From the sequence record OR496884.1: 64,000 bases of DNA; one strand, written 5' to 3'. How positions within the stretch are numbered: position 1 is the stretch's first letter; the number at the start of each line of letters is the position of its first letter. This document shows positions 47,869 through 57,168 of this stretch, in pieces. The notes below the pieces were generated by a model. That model had not been told where the DNA came from. It worked only from the letters and a program-made list of their open reading frames with translations, and made no database searches. The position numbers and the translations under genes are program-made.

Positions 47869-48309
47869 TTAGCAACCAGAAATATTGGAAAGATCTTCGA
47901 ACGCATCAAGTTCGTCAACAGGATCCCAGTGAACACGAAGTCTACCATCAAATGCTGTTTCAGCAATAACCAAAATTGCTTGGAAATCTTCTTCAGCAAT
48001 TTCAAAACAACGTGGTTCATAATTGGAGTTTTGAAGAATCTTCAACATAGTTTCACGCATTTCCGCTGATCCGGCATGGTCGTCAAACATCAGTTGACAA
48101 AGCTCGTCCAGGTTTTCTACATAATAGTCTACCTGATCAGAAAGATCAAAATTTTCAGACAAACAATCAGGAACTTGGAGTAGCTCTTCTTTGGATTCTT
48201 CTCCAGCAATTAATACCAACGCTGGTGAAATATCACCATCGCGATCAGTATAGACCATTCGGAAAATATTGATCCTGAGTTCCTTTACCGGAAAACTGAC
48301 TTGATGCAT
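47869..48309 (-). CDS. Highly acidic hypothetical protein (146 aa)
   Basis: AGGAG RBS; about 33 D/E versus 10 K/R. Confidence 0.7.
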   Translation of the reverse strand: MHQVSFPVKELRINIFRMVYTDRDGDISPALVLIAGEESKEELLQVPDCLSENFDLSDQVDYYVENLDELCQLMFDDHAGSAEMRETMLKILQNSNYEPRCFEIAEEDFQAILVIAETAFDGRLRVHWDPVDELDAFEDLSNISGC

Positions 48310-48324
48310 TTGGGTTCTCCTAAA

Positions 48325-48678
48325 TTAACCACGCGGTGTGTAAGTCCAATCACCTTCACTTGTTTTAACAACTATTTCCAACACTTCACAGGGATAGCTA
48401 TTCCCGTTATTTGGATTAAATACCATCCAACGCCAATCCTTAGATTGACCAAAACGTATTACTGTACCCGACTTTGGATTACCCAAAGAAGGTCGATCAC
48501 AACCACCACGATTGACAATGACGTTGTTGACCGTCACTTGATCGACTACGGAGGTCAGCCGAATAACCAGGTAGTTGCCTACTTGCCCGGTTTGAAGTTT
48601 AAACGGATCTTGCGGTTCTGCCATGGAGGGAAAACTTACCATCATCAGCATAACCAGGAGTGTTTTCAAAATGTTCAT
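48325..48678 (-). CDS. Secreted/periplasmic protein
   Basis: Sec-type signal MNILKTLLVMLMMVSFPSMA|EP; two Cys; VIVNRGGC motif. Confidence 0.7.
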   Translation of the reverse strand: MNILKTLLVMLMMVSFPSMAEPQDPFKLQTGQVGNYLVIRLTSVVDQVTVNNVIVNRGGCDRPSLGNPKSGTVIRFGQSKDWRWMVFNPNNGNSYPCEVLEIVVKTSEGDWTYTPRG

Positions 48679-48733
48679 GATTTATTCCTTCTGTGTTAAT
48701 TTGACATGATAGAGTTTCCCCTATGTCATGTCG

Positions 48734-49117
48734 TTAAGAATCGTGGAGGACCCTTTCCTTTTTCATTCGATCCAGCACGTCGGTTATCAAAGTCTTGAAA
48801 ATGGAGTTCGGATCTTTAAGAGCAACCATCCCCATCACCATAACTTCAAAAACGTGGTAAATCAATTTTGCATTGTATTCGATTTCTTTTCTGGAGGTAT
48901 CGTGCAATTTACAATATTCATCAATTGCATGTTCAATTGTTTCTTCAGGAATAACAATGTCGTTGTAAGAAGAGTCTTCAAATTTCAACAACAGTTCTTT
49001 GAGATTTTTCCTTCCAAAGCAGTTGCTGACATCGGTGAAAAACTTCATTCTTGTGTCAAAAGGTTCAGACAGAAATCCTGCAAGACCTTCATTCATAAAC
49101 ACACTCAAAATAGACAT
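48734..49117 (-). CDS. Hypothetical protein (127 aa)
   Basis: AAGGA RBS. Confidence 0.6.
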   Translation of the reverse strand: MSILSVFMNEGLAGFLSEPFDTRMKFFTDVSNCFGRKNLKELLLKFEDSSYNDIVIPEETIEHAIDEYCKLHDTSRKEIEYNAKLIYHVFEVMVMGMVALKDPNSIFKTLITDVLDRMKKERVLHDS

Positions 49118-49126
49118 GTTGGTTCC

Positions 49127-49522
49127 TTAAATTTTACGGATGAACACACGCATTGGAAACTCAGAACTGTTTTGACCAGGAACGGAAGTTTTCCATATCG
49201 AAGGACCGTTAGGATTATCCAGGAACCGCGCAAGTAACAGCATGCTGTGAACTTCTTCGTACAGATGAGAATTTTCAACAGCCCAGCGGTAGACTCTTGC
49301 TTCCCAACCGGTACCGTTCAGAATTTCTTCTGCACGATAAGACAGATGTTCTTCCAGGTGTTCCGGGGATTTAAACTTAAAAATACCAAATCCCGCAATC
49401 GGGAACTGATGATCATCTTCCCGAATAATTTCATTTTTATCCAAAAACCGAAACTTATGTTTCAGTCCATAGAGTTTCATTTTGAATTGAATTGAAAGCA
49501 TTTCATCAAACAGTACGTTCAT
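49127..49522 (-). CDS. Hypothetical early protein
   Basis: AAGGA RBS before MNVLF; downstream of the promoter motif at 49584. Confidence 0.6.
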   Translation of the reverse strand: MNVLFDEMLSIQFKMKLYGLKHKFRFLDKNEIIREDDHQFPIAGFGIFKFKSPEHLEEHLSYRAEEILNGTGWEARVYRWAVENSHLYEEVHSMLLLARFLDNPNGPSIWKTSVPGQNSSEFPMRVFIRKI

Positions 49523-49583
49523 GATCATTCCTTTTCTAAATAAAGAGTGAATAGGTGAAAGGATCATTGATCCTTTCACCTTA

Positions 49584-49600
49584 ATGATATTGGTTTAAAA
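49584..49600 (-). promoter_or_regulatory. Putative early promoter
   Basis: Minus strand ttttaaaccaATATCAT. Confidence 0.6.
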
Positions 49601-49611
49601 CAAAATGGAAA

Positions 49612-50109
49612 TTAAACTGGGAAAAAGTGTTTAAACAGATCGGGCCAAGTTTCTTTAATGGTAACCAAATCATCCATCAAAGCAGGAACCCATGCTTGAC
49701 GATTAACAACGTTTTTCATAAAGGCTTGTTTGGTCCCAACAAAAACTGCGTTGAGCTCTCCTTTTTCGTTGTAACGAAGTTGAACGGTCAGCGTGGCTTT
49801 ACCGAAACGTTCCAGGATACTTTTGGGAGTGGAATGACCATAACGATCAACTTTAAGTTCATTGATATAATTTCCACGCAGTTCGGTCTTTGGACCAAAC
49901 GGAGGCATGCCGGAAGTGTCAATACCTTGCAGATACTGAGGTTCTTGATAAACGTTATCGATTTCGATCACAGCGTCTTTTTGTTCTGGGTTTTGCTCCA
50001 GGTATTCATTTACAGCACCCTGGTTCAGATAAAAGCAAACACCGTAAAGTTTATTGTTATTTCGAACAGCAGTCAAACGGAAAAAGTTAGCGTATTTAAT
50101 AAACTTCAT
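49612..50109 (-). CDS. Hypothetical protein (165 aa)
   Basis: AGGGG RBS; host-like codons. Confidence 0.65.
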   Translation of the reverse strand: MKFIKYANFFRLTAVRNNNKLYGVCFYLNQGAVNEYLEQNPEQKDAVIEIDNVYQEPQYLQGIDTSGMPPFGPKTELRGNYINELKVDRYGHSTPKSILERFGKATLTVQLRYNEKGELNAVFVGTKQAFMKNVVNRQAWVPALMDDLVTIKETWPDLFKHFFPV

Positions 50110-50119
50110 TTTAACCCCT

Positions 50120-50521
50120 TTAGGCTTTGAAAATAGGAGAACGAGAATTCATCTCAACAATAAGATGGTTCAATTGATTAACACTGTCATTTAATCGCTG
50201 CATCAGTAAAATATAGTTTTTAATTGTTTCTTCCGGTGTATATTTTTCATTCACTAAAAACGCATTATCTTTAGGATAATAAACACCAGTAGAAAATGGA
50301 TAATTGACCCCTAATCGGTACAACCGTTTTCTTCCAGTAACCCAGCATGCTAAGTGATAATCAAAAGACAATTCTTCTATTTTTATTGTTCGTGATGTAC
50401 TTAACAATGTTGGGATATGTTCTACTGGACCAAATAAAAACGTCATTAATCTACCATAAAGATTAAGGTATTTAAGTTGGAATAACTTAAATTTAAACCA
50501 ATAAAATTTTAGTGTAAGCAT
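50120..50521 (-). CDS. Hypothetical protein (133 aa)
   Basis: TAGG RBS. Confidence 0.55.
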   Translation of the reverse strand: MLTLKFYWFKFKLFQLKYLNLYGRLMTFLFGPVEHIPTLLSTSRTIKIEELSFDYHLACWVTGRKRLYRLGVNYPFSTGVYYPKDNAFLVNEKYTPEETIKNYILLMQRLNDSVNQLNHLIVEMNSRSPIFKA

Positions 50522-50540
50522 ATAAACCTACTATAAGAAC

Positions 50541-50563
50541 CCTCCCTTCCAATGGAAGGGAGG
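50541..50563 (-). terminator. Terminator-like hairpin
   Basis: cctcccttcca-a-tggaagggagg. Confidence 0.75.
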
Positions 50564-50570
50564 AGTTGTC

Positions 50571-51389
50571 TTATTTAGACAAAAGTTTCTTTACCAGAGG
50601 TGACTCTAGATCAAGATCCGGTCTGAGAAAAGAAATAATATTGTTTACTTCATCAATTGTGTAAACAATTTGTTCTTCCTCATAAAGTTGAACTACATCT
50701 TGATTTTCATCGGACAGTGGTGCTGTTTCTTTAACAGGTTTGCTGCGGTCATTCAACCAATCCGAAAGAAAACTGTTGTTGGTGATATAGTCTACAACTT
50801 CCCCTACGTGTTTAAACTTATGGTTGATTTCTGCAAAACTCCCGCCACGACTAAACGGCGGTTTTGTTGCAAGGACAAGTCCTGATTCAATTCCGTTATC
50901 AGAATCAAAATACAGAAACAAACCATCCTTTTTCAGATGTTCGGGAATAAGCTCATTAAACGAATACTCGTCAATGAACTGATTAAAATAATTTTCTTTA
51001 TTATGTAATTGGTAAACCCCGTTACCAACTATCTCAAAGAAAACATTTCCGGCTCGACCTGGTTGATCGTTTACCTGTTTATTGGTAAACGTAATTTCAT
51101 AAGGTAGGGCCGGAAGAGAATTAAAGATCTCTTCCCCTGTAGCAGATTGTCCTAACCTATTAGCAGGAACCCATTGGTGAAGGTCAAAAATGGTAACTCG
51201 ATCATCAGGATGGATGTAACCTGCTTCAACCCAGACTCCCCAGTTACTTTTAAGCCCGCACGTATAAATTGTTTCTCGAAATTCTTCAAAACTAACGCTT
51301 TGAAAAGAATTAATGTCTTGGTGACCATGTGCCACAAAACAAGTTGGAGAAATACGCAAGAATTTAATATCAGACATATCTGACCTCAA
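50571..51389 (-). CDS. Hypothetical protein (about 270 aa)
   Basis: Long ORF coupled to the upstream gene. Confidence 0.65.
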   Translation of the reverse strand: MRSDMSDIKFLRISPTCFVAHGHQDINSFQSVSFEEFRETIYTCGLKSNWGVWVEAGYIHPDDRVTIFDLHQWVPANRLGQSATGEEIFNSLPALPYEITFTNKQVNDQPGRAGNVFFEIVGNGVYQLHNKENYFNQFIDEYSFNELIPEHLKKDGLFLYFDSDNGIESGLVLATKPPFSRGGSFAEINHKFKHVGEVVDYITNNSFLSDWLNDRSKPVKETAPLSDENQDVVQLYEEEQIVYTIDEVNNIISFLRPDLDLESPLVKKLLSK

Positions 51390-52234
51390 AAAGTAGGATG
51401 TGTATGTTCGCTTCCGATCAATTCGTATTTGGAATAGTCCATGTACTGGCGATCAGAAATGATAACGTAATCTTTAAAACGTTCGGTAAGAACGCGTCCC
51501 CAATTCAATTTATCACCGGCTACCAAGTTTTTGGTAGTGTCGTCAAGGAGACGATAAGAAATGGCCGCCGCAGGAAGTGTAAATAAAACATCTGTCCCGG
51601 CTTCCATGTCAGGAACCCAATTTGTAGCCAAATAAGGTAGGTGATAAATCTTAACGTGGATATTCTTGTTCTTAACTGAAAAATGCACCGGCTGACAACG
51701 ATCTACCAGCAACAATGGAATTTGTTCTACTGGAATTTGAATAAAACTTCCTTCAGGATATTCCTTTGACATTTGTTGAGCGGTTGCATAAACAAACTCA
51801 AACATAATGTCGGTGTTAACGACCCACCAGGTTTTACGAGAAGGTTTTACAGTGACCGGTTTGATATTGGAAAGAGGAAGTATGTTATTTTTGAACTCTT
51901 CTTTGCCATCCCACCCCAAACGGAACTCCATCAAATTCATGAGAGTCCGGTTCATATATTCAACAGTTGTCCGAAACAACTCTTGAGAATTATGCCAGGG
52001 GTTTATGAACTTTTTAGGTTCATTGAATTTGAACAAAAAGATTTGTTCTTGAGGTGTGACATGGACGTGGATTTCATCGTCAGGCCAGCCTTCAATAAGA
52101 TCACTTCCTTTGTGTTCACTGACTGATAAAGCGCCGTGATTATCAGGATTGAATGCAGGGTAAAGATATGCTTCGCCCCAGGTATAAGAAAGCTTGGACC
52201 AGTTACTGCTAAGACGGCGCGATACGTTAATCAT
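51386..52234 (-). CDS. Hypothetical protein (282 aa)
   Basis: GGGAG RBS. Confidence 0.65.
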   Translation of the reverse strand: MINVSRRLSSNWSKLSYTWGEAYLYPAFNPDNHGALSVSEHKGSDLIEGWPDDEIHVHVTPQEQIFLFKFNEPKKFINPWHNSQELFRTTVEYMNRTLMNLMEFRLGWDGKEEFKNNILPLSNIKPVTVKPSRKTWWVVNTDIMFEFVYATAQQMSKEYPEGSFIQIPVEQIPLLLVDRCQPVHFSVKNKNIHVKIYHLPYLATNWVPDMEAGTDVLFTLPAAAISYRLLDDTTKNLVAGDKLNWGRVLTERFKDYVIISDRQYMDYSKYELIGSEHTHPTF

Positions 52235-52253
52235 GAATAACTCCCTAAATTGG

Positions 52254-52658
52254 TTATTTGACTAGAAGTTGTTTGATATGAGCTTTGTGCTCTTGTTTTA
52301 CAAGTTCCAGCAAAGTCAGTGAATGTCCTGCTTTACTAAATTCTTCGACATTGATCATAGGAAGCAAATCCTTGTGAAGAATTAAATCTAATTGGGATTT
52401 GGAAACTCGTTTTTCCAGATCCTTTACAACTTCATCTGGAAGATGGTGGGTCCAAATATCCCCTTGGCGAGTAGGGGTCATATGTTCCCGAATATTGATT
52501 TTAGGAATTACCATCCACGACTCATCAACAGAAGGATTGATAGGTGTGATATCAACTTCTATTTGTGTGTTGAATGATCCGCCCATTCGTTGCAAAACAC
52601 GACTCCATGTTCTCCAATAACTGGAGTAAACAAACCAATCTTTATTATCGGACAACAT
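52254..52658 (-). CDS. Hypothetical protein (134 aa)
   Basis: AAGGA RBS. Confidence 0.6.
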   Translation of the reverse strand: MLSDNKDWFVYSSYWRTWSRVLQRMGGSFNTQIEVDITPINPSVDESWMVIPKINIREHMTPTRQGDIWTHHLPDEVVKDLEKRVSKSQLDLILHKDLLPMINVEEFSKAGHSLTLLELVKQEHKAHIKQLLVK

Positions 52659-52680
52659 AGCATTTTCCTTTTATTAAAAC

Positions 52681-52710
52681 AGGAGGTCTTTAAATTAATA
52701 AAGACCTCCT
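52681..52710 (-). terminator. Terminator-like hairpin
   Basis: aggaggtcttta-aattaa-taaagacctcct. Confidence 0.75.
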
Positions 52711-52731
52711 AATTAAAGTTTAATATCGTTG

Positions 52732-53940
52732 TTACTTAACGAAATGCGCTAGCATTAGATTACGACCAGTAATTTCACGAGTTAAAAGGAATCTTGCAAC
52801 TTGTCTATTCCCGTTAGCTGGGTGAAGATAATCTAAAAGTTGGTTAACGCCCAATTCATTAACTTTCTTAATGAATTTAACTACATCCGGGTCTTTGTTC
52901 CAAATTTCAGTAAGCGCTTGTTTTGGGGTTTTAAAACCTAAGGGATGGAGAACCTCATCAGAATCTGTATTGATTTCACGAATTGTTCCGTTTGATTCCA
53001 ACGTAGCGGCACGTTCTTTTGCCAGATTGATACATATTTCGGACAAGTATTTGCGATCGTTAATAGTGGTTCGTTCTTTATCCACCAAATGTGAAAACAA
53101 TTCGATAACTGCTTTTACTTGATCGTCTTCCATCATTTCAATAAATGGAATACATATCCCGGTCTCAACTTTCCTAGGACAAGTTGTTATCAGATGACAA
53201 AGTTCTTTGTAAAGTGCTTCATAAGAACCTTGTAATTTAAATTGTTTCTCTTTTTGTTGAACTTGTTTACCTGGTTTTTCATTGGTATTCCCGCCATGAC
53301 GACAAAACACCTCAATTGTTTTTATCAGTTTATCTCTAATTACTTTTTGTGAATCATTGGGTTTTGGACCATCAAATCCTTCAGTTCCGACCAAATGTTT
53401 CAACAATGACCGATGATAAGCAGGACTAATATTATCAACCAATATAGTTGCGTCACCACCACCTATGGTAGCAAAATCAATAACCATTTTTTCCAGGCTA
53501 GCAATAAGCAAATCGTCAATAACCGGTATTTCCGCGGTAACATTTTCTTCATGCTCATTCCGACTTACTTTGGTCATAGCGTCTGCCATTACCAGTCCGT
53601 ACAGAACAGCACGTTGATGATTATGATGTTGCATTTGAATAGGCATTGAATTTCCGCAATACGCATCAATCACATCTTTTATACAGTCAGTTGGAATGTG
53701 TTGAATTTTTTCTCCAACGGTAATTCCGATCCATTCAGGATCACGACCAGTATCAACCAGGTCTAACAGATCTCCCGCAAACTTAACTGCCAAAGATTCT
53801 GTTGTCTTAACACCAGGCATTTCAACAACCATTACTTGATGATCAGGGAACATACTTTTCAACACGCCAACTACACCTTGAATAGCAGTGTTCTCAGTTT
53901 GTTGGGAAGCTTGGTATTTTTGAAAGCATTTATGACACAT
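52732..53940 (-). CDS. Hypothetical helical protein (402 aa)
   Basis: AAGGA RBS. Confidence 0.7.
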   Translation of the reverse strand: MCHKCFQKYQASQQTENTAIQGVVGVLKSMFPDHQVMVVEMPGVKTTESLAVKFAGDLLDLVDTGRDPEWIGITVGEKIQHIPTDCIKDVIDAYCGNSMPIQMQHHNHQRAVLYGLVMADAMTKVSRNEHEENVTAEIPVIDDLLIASLEKMVIDFATIGGGDATILVDNISPAYHRSLLKHLVGTEGFDGPKPNDSQKVIRDKLIKTIEVFCRHGGNTNEKPGKQVQQKEKQFKLQGSYEALYKELCHLITTCPRKVETGICIPFIEMMEDDQVKAVIELFSHLVDKERTTINDRKYLSEICINLAKERAATLESNGTIREINTDSDEVLHPLGFKTPKQALTEIWNKDPDVVKFIKKVNELGVNQLLDYLHPANGNRQVARFLLTREITGRNLMLAHFVK

Positions 53941-53964
53941 GGTAAATTTCCTTAAAGTAAATGA

Positions 53965-54351
53965 TCAGTTATAAATAATACCGGCAAGATCTTTGTATCG
54001 ATCGGGAAGTCCGTTCACAAGAATTTCAATAATTAATTTATTAAGCTCCTCTTCCCTATTTTCTAAATCCTCAATGTCATAACCAATGAGATTATGCTGT
54101 AAAATATATTTCTTTGTTTGATTTGGAAATTTATAGTTAACCAATCTATTTTGGTTTATTTCAGCTATTAAACTTTCCGACGTTCTGTTATTGCAAATAT
54201 CGCAAGGCACAAACCCCGTTCCATTCAATGTAAAGGCAGAACTTTTATAATGTTGCATCGCAAAAACATCACACGTACTAAAAGCTTTTATGCAACAACT
54301 AGGGTAGCCGTGTAAAATACCATAGACTACCCATTTATCTATTCTTTCCAT
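53965..54351 (-). CDS. Cys-rich hypothetical protein
   Basis: HGYPSCC...GTGFVPCDIC. Confidence 0.6.
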   Translation of the reverse strand: MERIDKWVVYGILHGYPSCCIKAFSTCDVFAMQHYKSSAFTLNGTGFVPCDICNNRTSESLIAEINQNRLVNYKFPNQTKKYILQHNLIGYDIEDLENREEELNKLIIEILVNGLPDRYKDLAGIIYN

Positions 54352-54358
54352 AAATTTA

Positions 54359-54949
54359 TTACGCTGGAATAAATTGACGATGAGTGTGTTTACAAATCCG
54401 GCATTTTCGAATTATTATGGGATTTGTCCAAGAAACCAGTTGAACCTGTACAGCATGACAAGCAGGGCAGACGTGGTGAACTTTACAAACCTGTTCCCGT
54501 CTTTTTGCTAGATTAAGTCCAAACTCACTTGGGTATGCGTCTTTTAGTATCTCAAACATATCTATTTTAGTTTTTGGAATTTCAGACTGGAAACTCCCTT
54601 GTACTAAAATCTTTCTGGAACAGGGTCTTTGAACACGGCATGACGTTAGATTTTTACTTAAGAACATAGGACCGAGATCTAGGACAGAATTGTAGAAATT
54701 GTTTGAATCCAAGAGGACTTTTGCATAAGAATCTTCTTTTGCATCCCCAGTTCCGAGTACCGTCATTACTGCATTACCGATCCCAGATTTTTCAGGAAAC
54801 GCAGAGGTGGTTTCTACGTGTTCTTTACTGATAGGATCAATAAATCGGTGGATAGCTGGATTAGGGGTCTTACCTAAAAATTCCATGAGGTCGCCATACC
54901 AACCTTCATGTCCGGTCGGACAAATAGAAACTATTTTTTTATCAGACAT
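54359..54949 (-). CDS. Protein with C-terminal zinc ribbon
   Basis: CPAC-x18-CRIC. Confidence 0.65.
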   Translation of the reverse strand: MSDKKIVSICPTGHEGWYGDLMEFLGKTPNPAIHRFIDPISKEHVETTSAFPEKSGIGNAVMTVLGTGDAKEDSYAKVLLDSNNFYNSVLDLGPMFLSKNLTSCRVQRPCSRKILVQGSFQSEIPKTKIDMFEILKDAYPSEFGLNLAKRREQVCKVHHVCPACHAVQVQLVSWTNPIIIRKCRICKHTHRQFIPA

Positions 54950-55403
54950 CTTGAGTTTTCTCCTGACTGATAATTTCCAAAAGTTTATCCACGTCTTCTT
55001 TCTTTACTGTTGGTGCAAAGAAAGAAACGACTCTAAGTACATGTTTAGAACTAAACCGTCCCGGTTGGTTAGAAGTATTGTCAGAGATGATTTCGTTAGA
55101 ATTGGTGTTAAATAACTCCAGTAATATTGGACCATCTCCTACCAATGTTTCTAAATCCGTAATAAAGTCTGGGATATTTAAATAATTAAGATCACATTTA
55201 AAACTGGATTTAAGAGTGAGGTTAATTAAACCCCCCTCGCCGTTATCTATAGTTGATTTTGGAAAGAAAGGAACGTCATTAAAAGAAATACTTCCTGTAG
55301 CCAAGCGGTTCACATAAAAACAGGGTGTTATTAGCATTTCATTTTCAAGACCGCGTTTTAATTCTTGTAGTAAATTATCGAGTGCAGGATTTTTAGAAAT
55401 CAT
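54942..55403 (-). CDS. Hypothetical protein (153 aa)
   Basis: Coupled in the operon. Confidence 0.55.
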   Translation of the reverse strand: MISKNPALDNLLQELKRGLENEMLITPCFYVNRLATGSISFNDVPFFPKSTIDNGEGGLINLTLKSSFKCDLNYLNIPDFITDLETLVGDGPILLELFNTNSNEIISDNTSNQPGRFSSKHVLRVVSFFAPTVKKEDVDKLLEIISQEKTQDV

Positions 55404-55433
55404 AAGGTTATTCCAAAACGTTGTTAACGAAAT

Positions 55434-55952
55434 TTAGATTAATTGTTTTAACGTTTCTTTTTGTTCATTGCTCAATGGGGTATTTTTATGTTCCATGAAG
55501 TCAATGATTTTATTAACCTGTTGTTGCGAAAGTGTACTTTCTTGTGTGTTCTTTTGGACGGGCATTTCCCCTGTAAAATCAAAATCAATTGAACTGATTT
55601 CTGGGTTATTAAGGAACTGTGTTTCGGCCTGGTAAAACAACTCTTCGATTTCGGTAACAACTGCGTATTTTTGGATAGGTGTTTTAGTTTTTGAGAACGC
55701 AGGGAAATTACCGGCAGGGATAGGAGCCATTCCAAAACAAAGAACTGAAAAACCTAATTCCAAACTGTAATAACAGTGTAACTGTTTGGATATTAATTTC
55801 CAATCTTTTTCTATGGGTTCAACAAGCCCAGAAATATAGAAATCAGGATTATTTTTAACCACTTCCTTAAATGCATCAACACAATTGTCTTTAAGAATAA
55901 CCGGACGGACACGACGGTCAGAGCAATTAAGAGTAAGTTTACTATAGGACAT
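55434..55952 (-). CDS. Hypothetical protein
   Basis: AAGGA RBS before MSYSKLT. Confidence 0.6.
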   Translation of the reverse strand: MSYSKLTLNCSDRRVRPVILKDNCVDAFKEVVKNNPDFYISGLVEPIEKDWKLISKQLHCYYSLELGFSVLCFGMAPIPAGNFPAFSKTKTPIQKYAVVTEIEELFYQAETQFLNNPEISSIDFDFTGEMPVQKNTQESTLSQQQVNKIIDFMEHKNTPLSNEQKETLKQLI

Positions 55953-55989
55953 GTTATTTTCCTTTTCTAAATAAGGGAGGAAAGAGGGA

Positions 55990-56394
55990 TTAAGTAATAC
56001 TAGGTTTAATAAACTTTTCTTTTGGATTATCAAACCAGTTATCAAATCTTTCCCATTTATTATTTACATATTCAACAATGGGGAAGTCTTTGGTGGAAAT
56101 ATAAAGATTGTTAATTTTACTACACTCTGCATCTTTAAATTTCTTTTGAAGATCGTAGGTAAAACTAGAAAAGTTTTTATTGTATTCCTTTACCATTTGA
56201 AACCATTCTAGTACTGCATTTGATTCACCTTTAATAACGAGCGATGTTTCATCGGCAGAAAAATGGTTTATTTGCAAACCAGGACAAAGCTCAATTAACT
56301 CTTTGTAGATTCCTGTTTTAGCAATCATCATGGTATGAAAAACAGACCCAGTATAAGTATTAACCGGAGCATAAACTTTTAATTCAACGTGCAT
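55990..56394 (-). CDS. Hypothetical protein, paralog of 57561..57989
   Basis: Shared AP....TG..FH...S..+.G....V+.W...EY pattern. Confidence 0.6.
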   Translation of the reverse strand: MHVELKVYAPVNTYTGSVFHTMMIAKTGIYKELIELCPGLQINHFSADETSLVIKGESNAVLEWFQMVKEYNKNFSSFTYDLQKKFKDAECSKINNLYISTKDFPIVEYVNNKWERFDNWFDNPKEKFIKPSIT

Positions 56395-56423
56395 GTTTAT
56401 TTCCTAAATTAATGTGTTATATT

Positions 56424-56642
56424 TTAATAATGTTTAACAACTCCGGTTATTTCAAACCCAAATTGTTGCGCCTGTTCTTTTGCTTGTTCTTTAGGAACAC
56501 TGCCAGGAATAACTAAGTTGACACAACCGCCTGCTGCTTCCAAATTAATTCCATAGCCATGTTTTTTAGCCACAACAGTGGTATTGTTATGGTTCTTAAC
56601 TTCCACATAGGTATAAAGATTCTTTACTAAACTGTAATTCAT
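56424..56642 (-). CDS. Hypothetical protein (72 aa)
   Basis: AAGGA RBS. Confidence 0.55.
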   Translation of the reverse strand: MNYSLVKNLYTYVEVKNHNNTTVVAKKHGYGINLEAAGGCVNLVIPGSVPKEQAKEQAQQFGFEITGVVKHY

Positions 56643-56660
56643 ACGGACAGTCCTTTTAAA

Positions 56661-57116
56661 TTAATTGAATTGGTATTTCACACCAAAAACAACAGCGTTC
56701 CACATTCCATCAACCATAATACTCAGTTTTGGAACTGGCGTTGGAATGGTAAGTTCTATTGCTGCAACAGGAGCAATTCCATGTCCCCAATCTACCCCAT
56801 GATAGGTTCTTTTGTTATCATCAAATTTAGTTCCGGTGTCATAACCGGTAGCCAAACCTAAACGATAACCAACGTTTACCCATTCGGATTGATAAAAATC
56901 ATCACTCCAAGATACTTGAATAGATTGTTTTTCAATGGAGTTCTTTTGCACATAAATAACTGAAAAGTTATCGTACTGAACACCAATAGAAGGATGAATT
57001 TCATTTTGACCTGCTGGGTCGTAATGTTTGCTAAAACCACCTGCGATCAAATACAGATCAGCAGCGTTAACATGACTTGCAAACAGAATAGACAAAACTA
57101 CTGATTTGTATTTCAT
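56661..57116 (-). CDS. Outer-membrane beta-barrel, PagP (Pseudomonas PA1343-type)-like
   Basis: Signal peptide ...HVNA|AD; SKHYDP...NEIH; KNS; GLATGY; GIAP; terminal VKYQF. Confidence 0.7.
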   Translation of the reverse strand: MKYKSVVLSILFASHVNAADLYLIAGGFSKHYDPAGQNEIHPSIGVQYDNFSVIYVQKNSIEKQSIQVSWSDDFYQSEWVNVGYRLGLATGYDTGTKFDDNKRTYHGVDWGHGIAPVAAIELTIPTPVPKLSIMVDGMWNAVVFGVKYQFN

Positions 57117-57168
57117 AGCGTTTCCTTAGTGAAAGGTAGCGAGACATCCCTATCCCGCTACAGATTAA

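Noticed and set aside
48728-50130. Long plus-strand ORFs 48728..49237 and 49627..50130 (also 32791..33222, 35368..35772, 29021..29500 minus)
   Set aside because: Antisense to well-formed genes with RBS; expected from codon bias; no RBS or motifs of their own.
52717-52733. Promoter-like acaacGATATTAa on the minus strand
   Set aside because: Weak match, and a terminator hairpin lies between it and the next gene.
57138-57163. Hairpin upstream of the PagP-like RBS as a riboswitch/attenuator
   Set aside because: Short imperfect stem without a U-tract or recognisable aptamer.
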